A DNA stretch of 64,000 bases from Candidatus Poribacteria bacterium (lineage in GTDB: Bacteria; Poribacteria; WGA-4E; UBA9662). The DNA lies in the NCBI GenBank assembly GCA_046582655.1, contig JAYGDX010000201.1, forward strand, positions 9,278 to 73,277, given 5' to 3'. The notes beneath the pieces are model-generated. The model did not search any database. It was not told where the DNA came from and saw nothing but the letters and a program-made list of their open reading frames with translations. Positions 49,619 through 60,106 of the stretch are shown piece by piece. Position 1 is the first letter of the stretch. The number at the start of each line of letters is the position of its first letter. The translations under genes and the position numbers were made by a program.

Positions 49619-52228
49619 GTGTTTCAAAGAGTATTAACAAGGTTTTTTGGCAACAAAGAAGATAGGCTTTTTAAGCGTTTTCAACCATTGGTCGAACAGA
49701 TCAACCAGTTTGAACCATCGATTCAAAAGCTGTCGGATGTCGAACTGAAATCGAAAACGCCCGATTTGCGCCAACAATTATACAATGGGGTTTCATTAAA
49801 TGACCTTTTGCCTGAAGCGTTTGCTGTTGTCCGAGAGACAGCGGTACGTGCTCTTGGTCAGAGGCATTTTGACGTCCAACTTATCGGAGGAATAGCTCTT
49901 CATCAAGGCAGTATCGCCGAGATGAAAACTGGTGAAGGGAAAACACTAACATCCACCTTGGCTGTGTACTTGAATGCACTTGAAGGAAAAGGTATTCATC
50001 TCGCTACAGTTAACGATTACTTAGCGAAGCGTGATGCAGAATGGATGGGACAAATCTATAACTTCCTCGGTTTATCGGTTGGCCTAACGGTTAGTGGCAT
50101 GTCGCATGAGGAGAAAAGACTTGGCTATAAGTCTGATATTACATACGGTGTACATAGCGAATTCGGCTTTGATTACTTGTGGGGCAACAAGGCCCGTCAT
50201 TTGGAAGGTAAAGTCCAGCGCAACCATAACTTTGCAATTATAGATGAAGTGGACAGTGTCCTGATTGATGAGGCACGTGTACCATTAATTATCGCTGAAC
50301 CTCATGGTGAGCCGGTTGAGCGATATCAAAAGATCCGTCGTGCCATTGTCAGGCTTCGGCTGAATGACCATTATGAGATTGACGAAAAGGGCAGTAAACG
50401 CGGGACGGTAGTGCTAACTGATCTTGGGGTTGATGAGGTTCAAAGGTTATTGGGGGTAGAAGATCTTTACAGCCACGACAATATGGACGTCATCCATCAC
50501 GTCAATCAAGCATTGATTGCACAGGCTCTCTACAAGCGTGATATCGATTATGTAGTGAAAGGCGGAGAGGTGGTCATTGTTGACGAATTTACCGGGAGGA
50601 TGCAAGAAGGAAGACGGTACAGCGAAGGGTTGCATCAGGCACTTGAAGCGAAAGAAAACGTTCGGATTGTGCAGGAAAGCCAAACAGGAGCAAGAATCTC
50701 CTACCAGAACTATTTCCGCATGTACGATAAACTATCGGGCATGACCGGTACAGCCGCAACCGAAGCAAATGAGTTCGCCCAAATCTATAGTTTGGATGTT
50801 GTCGTGGTGCCAACGAACCGTCCCATGGTTCGCATGGATCTCGCCGATCAAATTTACAAGACTGAAAAAGCAAAATTCAATGCAGTAATTACGGATATCC
50901 TCGAAAAACATGAACAGGGTTGCCCCGTTTTGGTCGGTACGATTTCGATCGAAAACTCCGAAAAGCTGAGCAGAATGCTGAAGGTAAAAAACCGAAATTT
51001 GGATCACCAAGTGTTAAATGCCAAAGAGCATGCCCGTGAAGCAACCATCATAGCTCAAGCAGGAATGCCAGGCGCAGTGACGATTGCGACAAACATGGCA
51101 GGTCGTGGCGTTGACATTTTACTCGGCGGTAGTCCCGATATTATCACCAGACAGTTCCTGCGAAAAAAACGCCTGAACCCAGATGCGACGGATCAGGAAT
51201 CTGAGGAGTGGACATCGGCGTTTCAGGAAGCTAACGCTGTCTGTGCCGAAAACCGTGAAAAAATTCTGGTTGCTGGCGGATTGCATATCATCGGTACTGA
51301 ACGGCATGAATCACGTCGGATCGACAATCAGCTCCGAGGCCGATCTGGCCGGCAAGGGGATCCCGGTTCTTCCCGGTTTTACCTGTCTCTTGAAGATGAC
51401 TTAATGCGTAAGTTTGGTCAAGACCGACTGCAAGGGATGATGGATAAGGTTGGTATGGATGACGAAATTCCAATCGAACACACTTGGATTACTAAAGCTA
51501 TCGAAAAAGCACAAAAACGTGTTGAGGACAAACATTTCGAAATCCGTAAGAATTTGCTGAAATTCGACGACGTGATGACGGTACAACGCCAAACGATTTA
51601 CTCACTCCGTGACGAAATCCTCCATGGCGACGAATTAACAAATAAGATATGGGAGATGATCGAAAACCTTGTTGACGATCATCTCGATTTTTACTTGATC
51701 AATCCCGATCCCGAAGAAGAGAGTGGTGTTGAAGTTTTTGCCAAGTGGTTGACTCGAACATTTCCGATTGACTTATCCACATGGTTGCCACCCATTGATC
51801 AACAGGAACCAAATCAAATTCGGAGTTGTATTATTGAATCTTTGCAAAGCATATATGCACTACGTGAGAAAGAGATGGGAGTTGAGATCATGCGTGAGTT
51901 GGAACGCATGATACTTCTCGATCGGATCGATAGTCATTGGAAGGACCACCTTTACAACATCGACTATCTTGAAGAAGGAATTCATCTTCGCGGTTATGGC
52001 GGTAAGGATCCAATTGTTGTTTTCAAGAATGAAGCGCTCGGCGTTTTTGAATCCATGCATCAACGTATAGAAGAGGAAGTTTGCGAATACGTTTTTAAAG
52101 CCCAGCTTAACATCGAATCCAGAGAAGAAAAACGAAGTAGAACACCAGCTCGCCCAAAGGACAAAAAGCAAGCTATGCCCAGGCGGAGGGCCACTAGAAG
52201 TAATCGCCCGAAAAGACGGAAAAGATAG
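49619..52228 (+). CDS. secA: Preprotein translocase ATPase SecA
   Basis: AEMKTGEGKT, TVNDYLAKRD, IIDEVDS, GMTGTA, ATNMAGRG, RRIDNQLRGRSGRQGDPG. GTG 49619 follows aaggaag. Confidence 0.97.
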   Translation: MFQRVLTRFFGNKEDRLFKRFQPLVEQINQFEPSIQKLSDVELKSKTPDLRQQLYNGVSLNDLLPEAFAVVRETAVRALGQRHFDVQLIGGIALHQGSIAEMKTGEGKTLTSTLAVYLNALEGKGIHLATVNDYLAKRDAEWMGQIYNFLGLSVGLTVSGMSHEEKRLGYKSDITYGVHSEFGFDYLWGNKARHLEGKVQRNHNFAIIDEVDSVLIDEARVPLIIAEPHGEPVERYQKIRRAIVRLRLNDHYEIDEKGSKRGTVVLTDLGVDEVQRLLGVEDLYSHDNMDVIHHVNQALIAQALYKRDIDYVVKGGEVVIVDEFTGRMQEGRRYSEGLHQALEAKENVRIVQESQTGARISYQNYFRMYDKLSGMTGTAATEANEFAQIYSLDVVVVPTNRPMVRMDLADQIYKTEKAKFNAVITDILEKHEQGCPVLVGTISIENSEKLSRMLKVKNRNLDHQVLNAKEHAREATIIAQAGMPGAVTIATNMAGRGVDILLGGSPDIITRQFLRKKRLNPDATDQESEEWTSAFQEANAVCAENREKILVAGGLHIIGTERHESRRIDNQLRGRSGRQGDPGSSRFYLSLEDDLMRKFGQDRLQGMMDKVGMDDEIPIEHTWITKAIEKAQKRVEDKHFEIRKNLLKFDDVMTVQRQTIYSLRDEILHGDELTNKIWEMIENLVDDHLDFYLINPDPEEESGVEVFAKWLTRTFPIDLSTWLPPIDQQEPNQIRSCIIESLQSIYALREKEMGVEIMRELERMILLDRIDSHWKDHLYNIDYLEEGIHLRGYGGKDPIVVFKNEALGVFESMHQRIEEEVCEYVFKAQLNIESREEKRSRTPARPKDKKQAMPRRRATRSNRPKRRKR

Positions 52229-52250
52229 AGAACAAAGAAGAATTTAAGGA

Positions 52251-52541
52251 ATGTTGAGGCAGAATGTGCCAGTTAAACAAGATCTGTTGGAGATTTTATG
52301 TTGTCCGGTTACTAAGGTCGGTCTGGAAATACTGACCAACGAAATGCAGGTTGAATTAAATGAGAAAATCCAAAAAGGCTTAGTAAGAAATGTGGGTGGT
52401 GAAATTGTCGAAGAACCACTTGAAGAGGGATTAATTACAGTAGATACGAAGACAGTCTATCGAGTAACTTCTGATATACCGAATATGATTCCGAGTGAGG
52501 GAATTCCCATCGGTGATGAGAATCTTATTTCTAAGTCTTAG
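52251..52541 (+). CDS. Trm112-family small protein
   Basis: LLEILCCPVTK..L......YRV..DIPNM. Confidence 0.8.
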   Translation: MLRQNVPVKQDLLEILCCPVTKVGLEILTNEMQVELNEKIQKGLVRNVGGEIVEEPLEEGLITVDTKTVYRVTSDIPNMIPSEGIPIGDENLISKS

Positions 52542-53703
52542 GTGCCCATTTCCACCACATCGCGGGGATCGAATTCGTAACTATAGTTTTATTAAGCAAC
52601 TGGCGAAGGATCATGCTGTTACAGTTGTTTCCTTTGCCGAATCTAGGGAAGAGACTAATAATATTAAAGAACTCAGGTCGTTTTGTGAGCGGGCTGAGTT
52701 GGTACCTTTTAGCCGCTTGCAAGCGAGAAAGAATTGTATTTTCAATTTTTTCTCCAAGAACCCGCTCCAAATACATTATTGGAGATCAACTAAGATGCAA
52801 AGGATGATCGACAATCTTCTGCAACAGATGGATTTCGAGCTTGTGCACGCGCACCTCTTTCGAATGGGGCAGTATGTTGCCGATTGTGAAGGAGTTCCGA
52901 AGATGCTTGATCTTTGCGATTCAATGGCATTGAATTTAAGCCGCCGGATCAAAATCGATCGTAGTGCTATTTTACCCCTTCTCAAGATGGAACAGAAGCG
53001 GGTACGCGATTATGAGGTAGAAATCGCCCGGGTTTTCGATCACAGCACGGTGGTAGCGCAGTGTGACCACGATTATTTGCTTAAACAAGATTCAGATCTT
53101 AACCTATCAGTCATTCCGGTTGGTATTGATCTTGATTATTTTCAGCCGAGCAACACAGATGGGGGATTGAATCTGTTATTTACAGGGACAATGGATTATT
53201 TCCCAAATTACGACGCAGCGATTTATTTCCACAACGAAATTTTACCACTGATTGTTGCCAAACATTCAGAAGTAACTTTCTCAATTGTTGGCAACAATCC
53301 AACCAATCAAGTTAAGCAACTTGCAAGCGACAATGTAACTGTAACTGGCTATGTTCCCGACGTGCGTGTTTACTTTAACCGAGCAACGGTCTTTGTATCA
53401 CCGATGCGATCAGGATCAGGCTTGCAGGTAAAGCATCTTGAAGCGATGGCAATGGGTGTTCCTATCGTGACAACAACAATTGGGGCGATGGGTATCGAAG
53501 CAATAGCAAGTCAAGATTTGTTAGTAGCTGACACGCCACATGATTTTGCGAGCCATGTAAACATGTTGCTCAACGATCGAGAACTCCGCGAGTCAATTGG
53601 CAATTCAGGTAGGAAATTGATTGAAGAGAAGTACGATTGGCAAATTTTAGGGAAACGACTAAATGAGGTTTACTCCCAAATAACCGAAAGGAAAGCATGC
53701 TGA
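52516..53703 (+). CDS. GT4 glycosyltransferase
   Basis: MRILFL..PFPPHRGD.IR, FTGTMDYFPN, GSGLQVKHLEAMAMGVP. Confidence 0.9.
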   Translation: MRILFLSLRCPFPPHRGDRIRNYSFIKQLAKDHAVTVVSFAESREETNNIKELRSFCERAELVPFSRLQARKNCIFNFFSKNPLQIHYWRSTKMQRMIDNLLQQMDFELVHAHLFRMGQYVADCEGVPKMLDLCDSMALNLSRRIKIDRSAILPLLKMEQKRVRDYEVEIARVFDHSTVVAQCDHDYLLKQDSDLNLSVIPVGIDLDYFQPSNTDGGLNLLFTGTMDYFPNYDAAIYFHNEILPLIVAKHSEVTFSIVGNNPTNQVKQLASDNVTVTGYVPDVRVYFNRATVFVSPMRSGSGLQVKHLEAMAMGVPIVTTTIGAMGIEAIASQDLLVADTPHDFASHVNMLLNDRELRESIGNSGRKLIEEKYDWQILGKRLNEVYSQITERKAC

Positions 53704-55661
53704 AGTTACGAGCTAGGAAGTTACGAGCTAGATTGATTAGCTCAGTTTTAATTGATTTTATGTTAATTAGTATTGCTTTTTTACTCACTCTCTATACTGG
53801 TAAGCTTTTAAGCCTAGACTTCATCCAGAAACTAAAAATGCAGGGAGACTTTTCGGGAAATCTCTTTGCTATTATCGTCACTGTTATTGTGATACGAATG
53901 GCGGTTTCTTTGGTATTCCAATGCCACAAACAGATATGGCGTTTTGCCAGCGTATACGAATTCACATTGCTAACTGCCACTATTGGGCTTTCTACAGTTC
54001 TGCTTATTCCAATATTGTTTATGGTCATAAACAATATTGCCGAAGGTTCTCCGCTTGGCGATATCACCGCACTTCTGCTAGTTGATGGGTTTTATAATTT
54101 TATCCTTATCGGTGGCGTGAAATTTTCGTTGCGTTTATCAGAGGAATGGCAAAGAAGACAGGTTGTGGTTCCCCGCAAACGCATCTTAATTATTGGTGCT
54201 GGGGAGGTGGGGGTCAGCGTCTTACGCAGTATACGTAGAAATCCAGATAAAGGGTATTTTCCGATTGGGTTTATTGATGATAATCAGGAAAAAGTAGGCA
54301 AACGAATTCACGGACTCGATATCCTTGGCACCACACGTGATTTGACCTATATTGTTCGACGACGTCAGATTGATACTGTGGTTATTGCAATGCCAAACGC
54401 TGCAGGAACAAAAGTACGTGAGATTATCCGCCTCTGTGAGCAAAAAGGATGTGCGTTCAAGATAGTGCCGAGCATTGACGCGATTCTTTCAGGAGACGTT
54501 AGCATCAGTCAGATTCGGAGTGTTCAAGTTGAGGATTTGCTGAATCGACAGACTGCTCAGATTGATCTGGCTGAAGTTTCTAAGTCTCTATCCGGTAAAC
54601 GGGTAATGGTAACTGGTGCTGGAGGGTCAATTGGTTCCGAGTTATGTCGGCAGATTGCACAGTTTAATCCGGAACAATTGATTCTTTACGCCCGTGGTGA
54701 AAATAGCCTGTATCACATTGAGCATGAATTAGCCGAGCTCCTCCCAACCCTAAACCGTGTAATCATCATTGGTGATATCCGTGACCGACTTAAGGTTTTT
54801 AGAATTATCGATCGCTATCAACCACAAATTATTTTCCATGCCGCTGCACATAAGCACGTAACATTCATGGAGCTCAATCCCGACGAAGCGGTTAAAAATA
54901 ATATTCTGGGTACCAAGAATTTAGTTGATGCCGCTGTACATCATCGCGTTGAATCGTTTATCCTTGTATCTTCTGACAAAGCAGTCAATCCATCTAGTGT
55001 AATGGGGGCATCCAAACGGGTAACAGAAAAGCTGATCGAAAGCAAAGCGTACCATAACAGCACGAAATTTGGCGCAGTTCGCTTTGGAAACGTCATTGAT
55101 AGTCGAGGGAGTGTTTTACCTAAGTTCAAACGTCAGATAGAAAAAGGTGGTCCAGTGACTGTAACACACCGTGACGTTACAAGATATTTCATGACTATCC
55201 CTGAATCGGTTCAACTGCTACTTCAAGCTGGAGCAATGGGAAATGGGGGAGAGATCTTTATCTTGGATATGGGAGAGCCAATTAAAATTCTCGATCTTGC
55301 ACACGATCTAATCCGCCTGTCTGGGCTTGAAGTGAATCGTGATATCCCAATAGAATTTACGGGATTAGAACCAGGAGAGAAGTTATACGAAGAGCTTTTG
55401 ACAGCAGAGGAAGGCGTAAGAGCAACCAAACACCAGCGGATTTTCGTCGCACACCTTGAAGCTATCGAGGAGAAAAGGTTGCTGGATCAAATCCAGAAGT
55501 TGGATGAACTTGCTAATCATCTGAAAACTGATGAGATTATAAATGAGCTCCAGAAGATTGTACCAACTTATGTGCCAAATCGGTCTTTTGCTAACGAACC
55601 GCTTAGTACTATTAGTCGGAAGACTAAAGCTGACGTAATTGATTTATCAGCTGTCAGGTAG
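53697..55661 (+). CDS. CapD/PglF-like nucleotide-sugar dehydratase (polysaccharide biosynthesis)
   Basis: N-terminal TMs, IIGAG, VTGAGGSIGSELCRQ, FHAAAHKHV, SSDKAV, MGASKR, VRFGNV, RYFMTIPE, GEKLYEEL. Confidence 0.95.
   Translation: MLKLRARKLRARLISSVLIDFMLISIAFLLTLYTGKLLSLDFIQKLKMQGDFSGNLFAIIVTVIVIRMAVSLVFQCHKQIWRFASVYEFTLLTATIGLSTVLLIPILFMVINNIAEGSPLGDITALLLVDGFYNFILIGGVKFSLRLSEEWQRRQVVVPRKRILIIGAGEVGVSVLRSIRRNPDKGYFPIGFIDDNQEKVGKRIHGLDILGTTRDLTYIVRRRQIDTVVIAMPNAAGTKVREIIRLCEQKGCAFKIVPSIDAILSGDVSISQIRSVQVEDLLNRQTAQIDLAEVSKSLSGKRVMVTGAGGSIGSELCRQIAQFNPEQLILYARGENSLYHIEHELAELLPTLNRVIIIGDIRDRLKVFRIIDRYQPQIIFHAAAHKHVTFMELNPDEAVKNNILGTKNLVDAAVHHRVESFILVSSDKAVNPSSVMGASKRVTEKLIESKAYHNSTKFGAVRFGNVIDSRGSVLPKFKRQIEKGGPVTVTHRDVTRYFMTIPESVQLLLQAGAMGNGGEIFILDMGEPIKILDLAHDLIRLSGLEVNRDIPIEFTGLEPGEKLYEELLTAEEGVRATKHQRIFVAHLEAIEEKRLLDQIQKLDELANHLKTDEIINELQKIVPTYVPNRSFANEPLSTISRKTKADVIDLSAVR
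53702..53731 (+). repeat. Perfect 15-bp tandem duplication (GAAGTTACGAGCTAG x2) encoding KLRAR-KLRAR
   Basis: Directly visible at 53702-53716 and 53717-53731. Confidence 0.9.
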
Positions 55662-55663
55662 AA

Positions 55664-56257
55664 ATGAGGAGGATCATTGATCTTGTATTCGCAGGTCCAA
55701 CTTTGATCTGCCTATCACCAATTTTTTTAGTAGTCGCCATATTAGTGAAATTACAATCACCTGGTCCCATCCTCTACAAGGCTAAGAGAGTTGGGCAATA
55801 TGGTCACATTTTTGAAATGTATAAGTTCCGAACAATGGTCGCTAATGCTGACCTTTTTGGTCAAAAACTTACTGCTTATTGTGATCCTCGCATTACGCCG
55901 ATTGGCTTCTTCCTAAGACGGTGGAAACTCGATGAAATTCCGCAACTAGTTAACATCATCAAAGGTGAAATGAGTATCATTGGGCCGCGCCCCGAATCCC
56001 CAGCTTATGTTCAGTACTATACACGGAACCAGCAACGAGTATTGCACGTGCGTCCTGGTATCACCGGACCTTCCCAATTTATGAACCGCAACGAAGAAGA
56101 AAAGCTAAGAGGTAAATCCGACCCGGAACAGTTTTATATCCATATACTTATGCCAGAGAAATTGAAGATAGATCTAGAATACATAAAAACGCAAACTTTC
56201 TATTCTGACATGTTATGGATTGCGCGCACTATTCTAGGTATCTTTATATTTAAGTGA
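55664..56257 (+). CDS. Bacterial sugar transferase (initiating phosphoglycosyl transferase)
   Basis: YKFRTM, DPRIT..G.FLR, LDEIPQL.N, GEMSIIGPRPE, RPGITG. Confidence 0.93.
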   Translation: MRRIIDLVFAGPTLICLSPIFLVVAILVKLQSPGPILYKAKRVGQYGHIFEMYKFRTMVANADLFGQKLTAYCDPRITPIGFFLRRWKLDEIPQLVNIIKGEMSIIGPRPESPAYVQYYTRNQQRVLHVRPGITGPSQFMNRNEEEKLRGKSDPEQFYIHILMPEKLKIDLEYIKTQTFYSDMLWIARTILGIFIFK

Positions 56258-57135
56258 TATTAGGGATGAACATTCATCAAACACAACAAAGACCGAGAAA
56301 AGCTGTAATTCCCGCGGCAGGTTTTGGGACCCGCCTATTACCCGCAACAAAGTCTCAACCTAAAGAAATGTTATTAGTTGGTCGCAAACCAGTAATCCAG
56401 TATGTAGTGGAAGAAATACAAGCTACCGGGATTAACAAGATTCTGATTGTCACAAATCAGAAAAAACGAACATTAGAAGACCACTTCGATTCAAATTTAG
56501 ATCATTTCAGTCAGACCTCAGAAGTTGATGGCGATATTGAATTTTTCTATACACGCCAGAGTCATCCAAAGGGGTTAGCTGACGCAATTAGTAAAGCAGA
56601 GACTTTTGTTGGTAATGAGCCCTTTGTTGTTTGTTTAGGTGATACCATCATCCAGTCCAAACCAACAAGTAACATATTGGAAAATTTGATAGAAACACAC
56701 ATGGAAAATCAGGCCAATGTAACCGTATTATTCGAAGAAGTCGCATTTGAGTCTGTTGTTAAGTATGGTATTGGAACACCCAAGTTTGAGAAAGGTCTAG
56801 CTTTTTCAGTTGTGGGTCTTGTTGAAAAACCTAGTGTTGATAAAGCTCCGAGCAACTTAGCAGTTGCAGCACGGTATGTGTTTTCTCCTGAAATTTTCGA
56901 TTATATCCGTCAGACAAAACCCGGTAAAAATAACGAGATTCAGATTACCGATTCAATTCAGCTTGCATTAAAGGATCAAGGCAGAGTTTTTGGTCTGAAA
57001 CTCGATCATGACGAAAAACGGTTTGATATTGGAAATTATCGTGCTTATTTCGAAGCGTTCTTTAGATTTTCCCTGGCAGATCCGGAATTCGGTTCAGAAT
57101 TTCGGGAGTATGCAACAAAGATGCTAGAAATTTAA
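56254..57135 (+). CDS. galU: UTP--glucose-1-phosphate uridylyltransferase
   Basis: KAVIPAAGFGTRLLPATK..PKEML, RQ..KGLADA, VEKP, EIQITD. Confidence 0.88.
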   Translation: MILGMNIHQTQQRPRKAVIPAAGFGTRLLPATKSQPKEMLLVGRKPVIQYVVEEIQATGINKILIVTNQKKRTLEDHFDSNLDHFSQTSEVDGDIEFFYTRQSHPKGLADAISKAETFVGNEPFVVCLGDTIIQSKPTSNILENLIETHMENQANVTVLFEEVAFESVVKYGIGTPKFEKGLAFSVVGLVEKPSVDKAPSNLAVAARYVFSPEIFDYIRQTKPGKNNEIQITDSIQLALKDQGRVFGLKLDHDEKRFDIGNYRAYFEAFFRFSLADPEFGSEFREYATKMLEI

Positions 57136-57150
57136 GGGAGAAATTTTGTT

Positions 57151-58014
57151 ATGTCTCGCAAAGTCAAATATACTATTTTAATTACAGGTGCAATCTTAAT
57201 TTTCATGCTATTTTTTGGCCGAATGCTAATCAACCTAGAAACAATCGGGGATAAAGTAGCAGTCATTGAGATCCTTGGTGTAATTAATGATTCAGAAGAA
57301 ACTATTAAACATATTCATCATCATCGTGATAACTCCAGTGTAAAGGCCATCGTATTGCGAATTGATTCGCCTGGAGGAGGAGTTGCTCCTGTCCAAGAGA
57401 TTTACAGTGAGCTTAAAAAACTGAAGAACAAACCAATTTTTGCATCAATGGGCAGTACTGCTGCGTCTGGTGGTTACTATATTGCCTGTGCTGCAAAAGA
57501 AATCTTCGCAAATCCAGGGACACTTACCGGTAGTATTGGTGCCGTCATGCAATTTATGAAGATGAAGGAACTATACGATAAAATAGGAATTGAATATCAA
57601 ATCGTTAAAAGTGGAAAATATAAAGATATTGGAACAGCGCAGCGCGATATGACGCCGGCGGAAAGAGATTTAATTCAAACAACTGTCGACGACGTAAGAT
57701 CTCAATTCATTCAGGCAATTGTTGAAAGCCGTAACGATCGGCTGACGCGGGATCAGATCGAGGCTTTTGCCGATGGACGAATCTTCACCGGAAAACAAGC
57801 ATTTGAGGAGACATTAATTGATCGACTCGGTAATTTGCAAGACACAGTCGCTCATGCTGCTCATGTCGTTGGGATCAAAGGAGTGCCCAAAATAACACGC
57901 ATTAAACAAAAACCAACGTTACTTGAAAAATTTCTTAATCTCACAAATAGTTTGAATCAAAGAACCCTACCATCAACGTCATTCCGTTATGAATTAAATT
58001 TCTCAACACAGTGA
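57151..58014 (+). CDS. sppA: Signal peptide peptidase SppA (36K type, S49)
   Basis: RIDSPGG, AASGGYY, TGSIG, KSGKYKD, DGRIFTG. Confidence 0.93.
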   Translation: MSRKVKYTILITGAILIFMLFFGRMLINLETIGDKVAVIEILGVINDSEETIKHIHHHRDNSSVKAIVLRIDSPGGGVAPVQEIYSELKKLKNKPIFASMGSTAASGGYYIACAAKEIFANPGTLTGSIGAVMQFMKMKELYDKIGIEYQIVKSGKYKDIGTAQRDMTPAERDLIQTTVDDVRSQFIQAIVESRNDRLTRDQIEAFADGRIFTGKQAFEETLIDRLGNLQDTVAHAAHVVGIKGVPKITRIKQKPTLLEKFLNLTNSLNQRTLPSTSFRYELNFSTQ

Positions 58015-58223
58015 CCCCCTGTAAAGCTTCATCTGACAATACAAACGCCCTCTTATTTTGAGAATCGACAAACTGCTATGCTTAGTCGAACTAACCTAGT
58101 GATCGCCATCGACTAAACTAGCTTAATAGACTTCAAAATACGTCAACCGCACGTATTATGTAAGTCAATCGCTGCTGAACATATGCACGTTATTCAATTT
58201 AATCATCAGAAGATAAATTAGAC

Positions 58224-60035
58224 ATGAAAACATTCAACCGCCTTGCCAAATATCTGAGAACCTACATTGGTCTGATCTGCTTATCGATGGTCTGTTCCTT
58301 TGTAATTGCGATCGGGGATCTTGGCTATATACAAGTTCTGGCGAACACAATTGACGCATTAAAATCAATAGAAACACACACATTTGATGAGAATCCACTG
58401 ATCATCGGATTTTTTAAAGTTAACGGAATTTTTAATGGCATCCCACTTTCGATTCCAGATCGACGGATAGCACTCCACTTGATCGGATATGTTTTAGGAG
58501 GTGCATTCTGCCTAGTATTGGTGAAAGGAGTTTTCTCCTACTTCAACAGTTTCCTAATGGATCTGGTCGGCTTGAAACTGATTACTCAACTGAGAAACGA
58601 AGTTTATGAGAAAATTGTATTTGCTCCTGTAGGAATACTGAAAGATCATCGATCAGGAGACTTAATTGCCCGAATGACCGATGATATAAGATCTCTACAT
58701 AGAGCCATCGGTTCTACCTCAAGCGTGATACGCGCGATTATCTACCTCCCAGTTTTTATGGTTGCAATGTTAATCAGCAGCTTCAAGCTAACAATCCTGG
58801 TACTGTTAATTTTTCCTCCGCTTGTGTATCTAGTCAATCAGTTTGGAAAAAGGATTCGCGATGCGTCTGGAGAAATCCAACAGCATACGGCGGATCTATC
58901 CTCCCAACTCAAGGAAACAATATATGGAACTCAAATAATTAAGAGTTTTACTGCTGAAATATTTGAACGTGACAGATTCTTGGATACTACAGGACGCCAA
59001 TATCATACTACAATCAAGCGAATCCGCTTAACTTCATTGCTCGGCCCTCTGGTTGAGTTAATTAGCGCAATTGGAGTGGTAGTAGTTTTTGGTCTTGGAT
59101 GTAGGCAAGTAATTCTCGGTAATCTTGGCACAGGTGAATTTATTGGTTACGTCGCCATGATCAGTTTGATGTTTAAACCGATAAGGACCATTAGCCAATT
59201 CAATACAATTTTACAGCAAAGCCTCGCATCAGCTGATCGAGTTTTTCATATACTTGATTTTAAAGATGAAAGGCAGGAGCAGAAAAAAGAACCAAATCTT
59301 CCTTTCGTACGTGGTGAAATCGAGTTCCGCAACGTGTCATTCACCTACGACGATCAAGAAAAGGTTGTCGACGACATCAATTTTCGTGTTGAGTCAGGGA
59401 AGGTTGTCGCTTTAGTAGGACCAAGCGGAAACGGCAAAACAACACTGGTAAATTTAATCCTAAGGTTTTATGAGGTAACTTTAGGCGAAATTTTGATTGA
59501 TGGTTACCGAATAAGTGATTTTAGTTTAGAATCGCTACGAAAACAAATTGCAATTGTAACGCAGGAAACAATACTTTTTGCTGGAACCGTAAGTGCCAAC
59601 ATCGCCTACGGCAAAACGAGCATAACGGATTCTGAGATTATCAAAGCGACAAAATTAGCCAATGCGCATGACTTCATTGTTGGGCTGCCAAATGGTTACA
59701 AAACGGAAGTTGGAGAATCGGGTCTTAACCTATCAGGAGGTGAAAGACAACGAATTTCAATCGCCCGTGCGATTGTTAAGAATCCACGGATTCTTCTTCT
59801 TGATGAAGCAACTTCTGAACTAGACAGCGAATCTGAATCACTTATTCAAGAGTCATTATCGTACCTGATGAAAGGACGAACAACATTTATCATTGCCCAT
59901 AGGCTCTCGACAATCATTAATGCAGATGAGATTTTTGTGCTGGCTAAAGGGAAAATTATTGAAAGGGGAACACACCAAGAACTGGTTAGTAGAAGTGGTC
60001 TTTACCAGAAACTAACCGAAATTCAGCTCCGTTAA
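58224..60035 (+). CDS. ABC exporter permease/ATPase, MsbA-like
   Basis: TMD; GPSGNGKT, LSGGERQR, LLDEATS, IAHRL; envelope-gene context. Confidence 0.9.
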   Translation: MKTFNRLAKYLRTYIGLICLSMVCSFVIAIGDLGYIQVLANTIDALKSIETHTFDENPLIIGFFKVNGIFNGIPLSIPDRRIALHLIGYVLGGAFCLVLVKGVFSYFNSFLMDLVGLKLITQLRNEVYEKIVFAPVGILKDHRSGDLIARMTDDIRSLHRAIGSTSSVIRAIIYLPVFMVAMLISSFKLTILVLLIFPPLVYLVNQFGKRIRDASGEIQQHTADLSSQLKETIYGTQIIKSFTAEIFERDRFLDTTGRQYHTTIKRIRLTSLLGPLVELISAIGVVVVFGLGCRQVILGNLGTGEFIGYVAMISLMFKPIRTISQFNTILQQSLASADRVFHILDFKDERQEQKKEPNLPFVRGEIEFRNVSFTYDDQEKVVDDINFRVESGKVVALVGPSGNGKTTLVNLILRFYEVTLGEILIDGYRISDFSLESLRKQIAIVTQETILFAGTVSANIAYGKTSITDSEIIKATKLANAHDFIVGLPNGYKTEVGESGLNLSGGERQRISIARAIVKNPRILLLDEATSELDSESESLIQESLSYLMKGRTTFIIAHRLSTIINADEIFVLAKGKIIERGTHQELVSRSGLYQKLTEIQLR

Positions 60036-60106
60036 TTCTAACGAAGAGCAAATAAAATTTGTAAATCACAAAAAAACTGTAAACCTTTTTGGTAAAAAGT
60101 ACGTCT

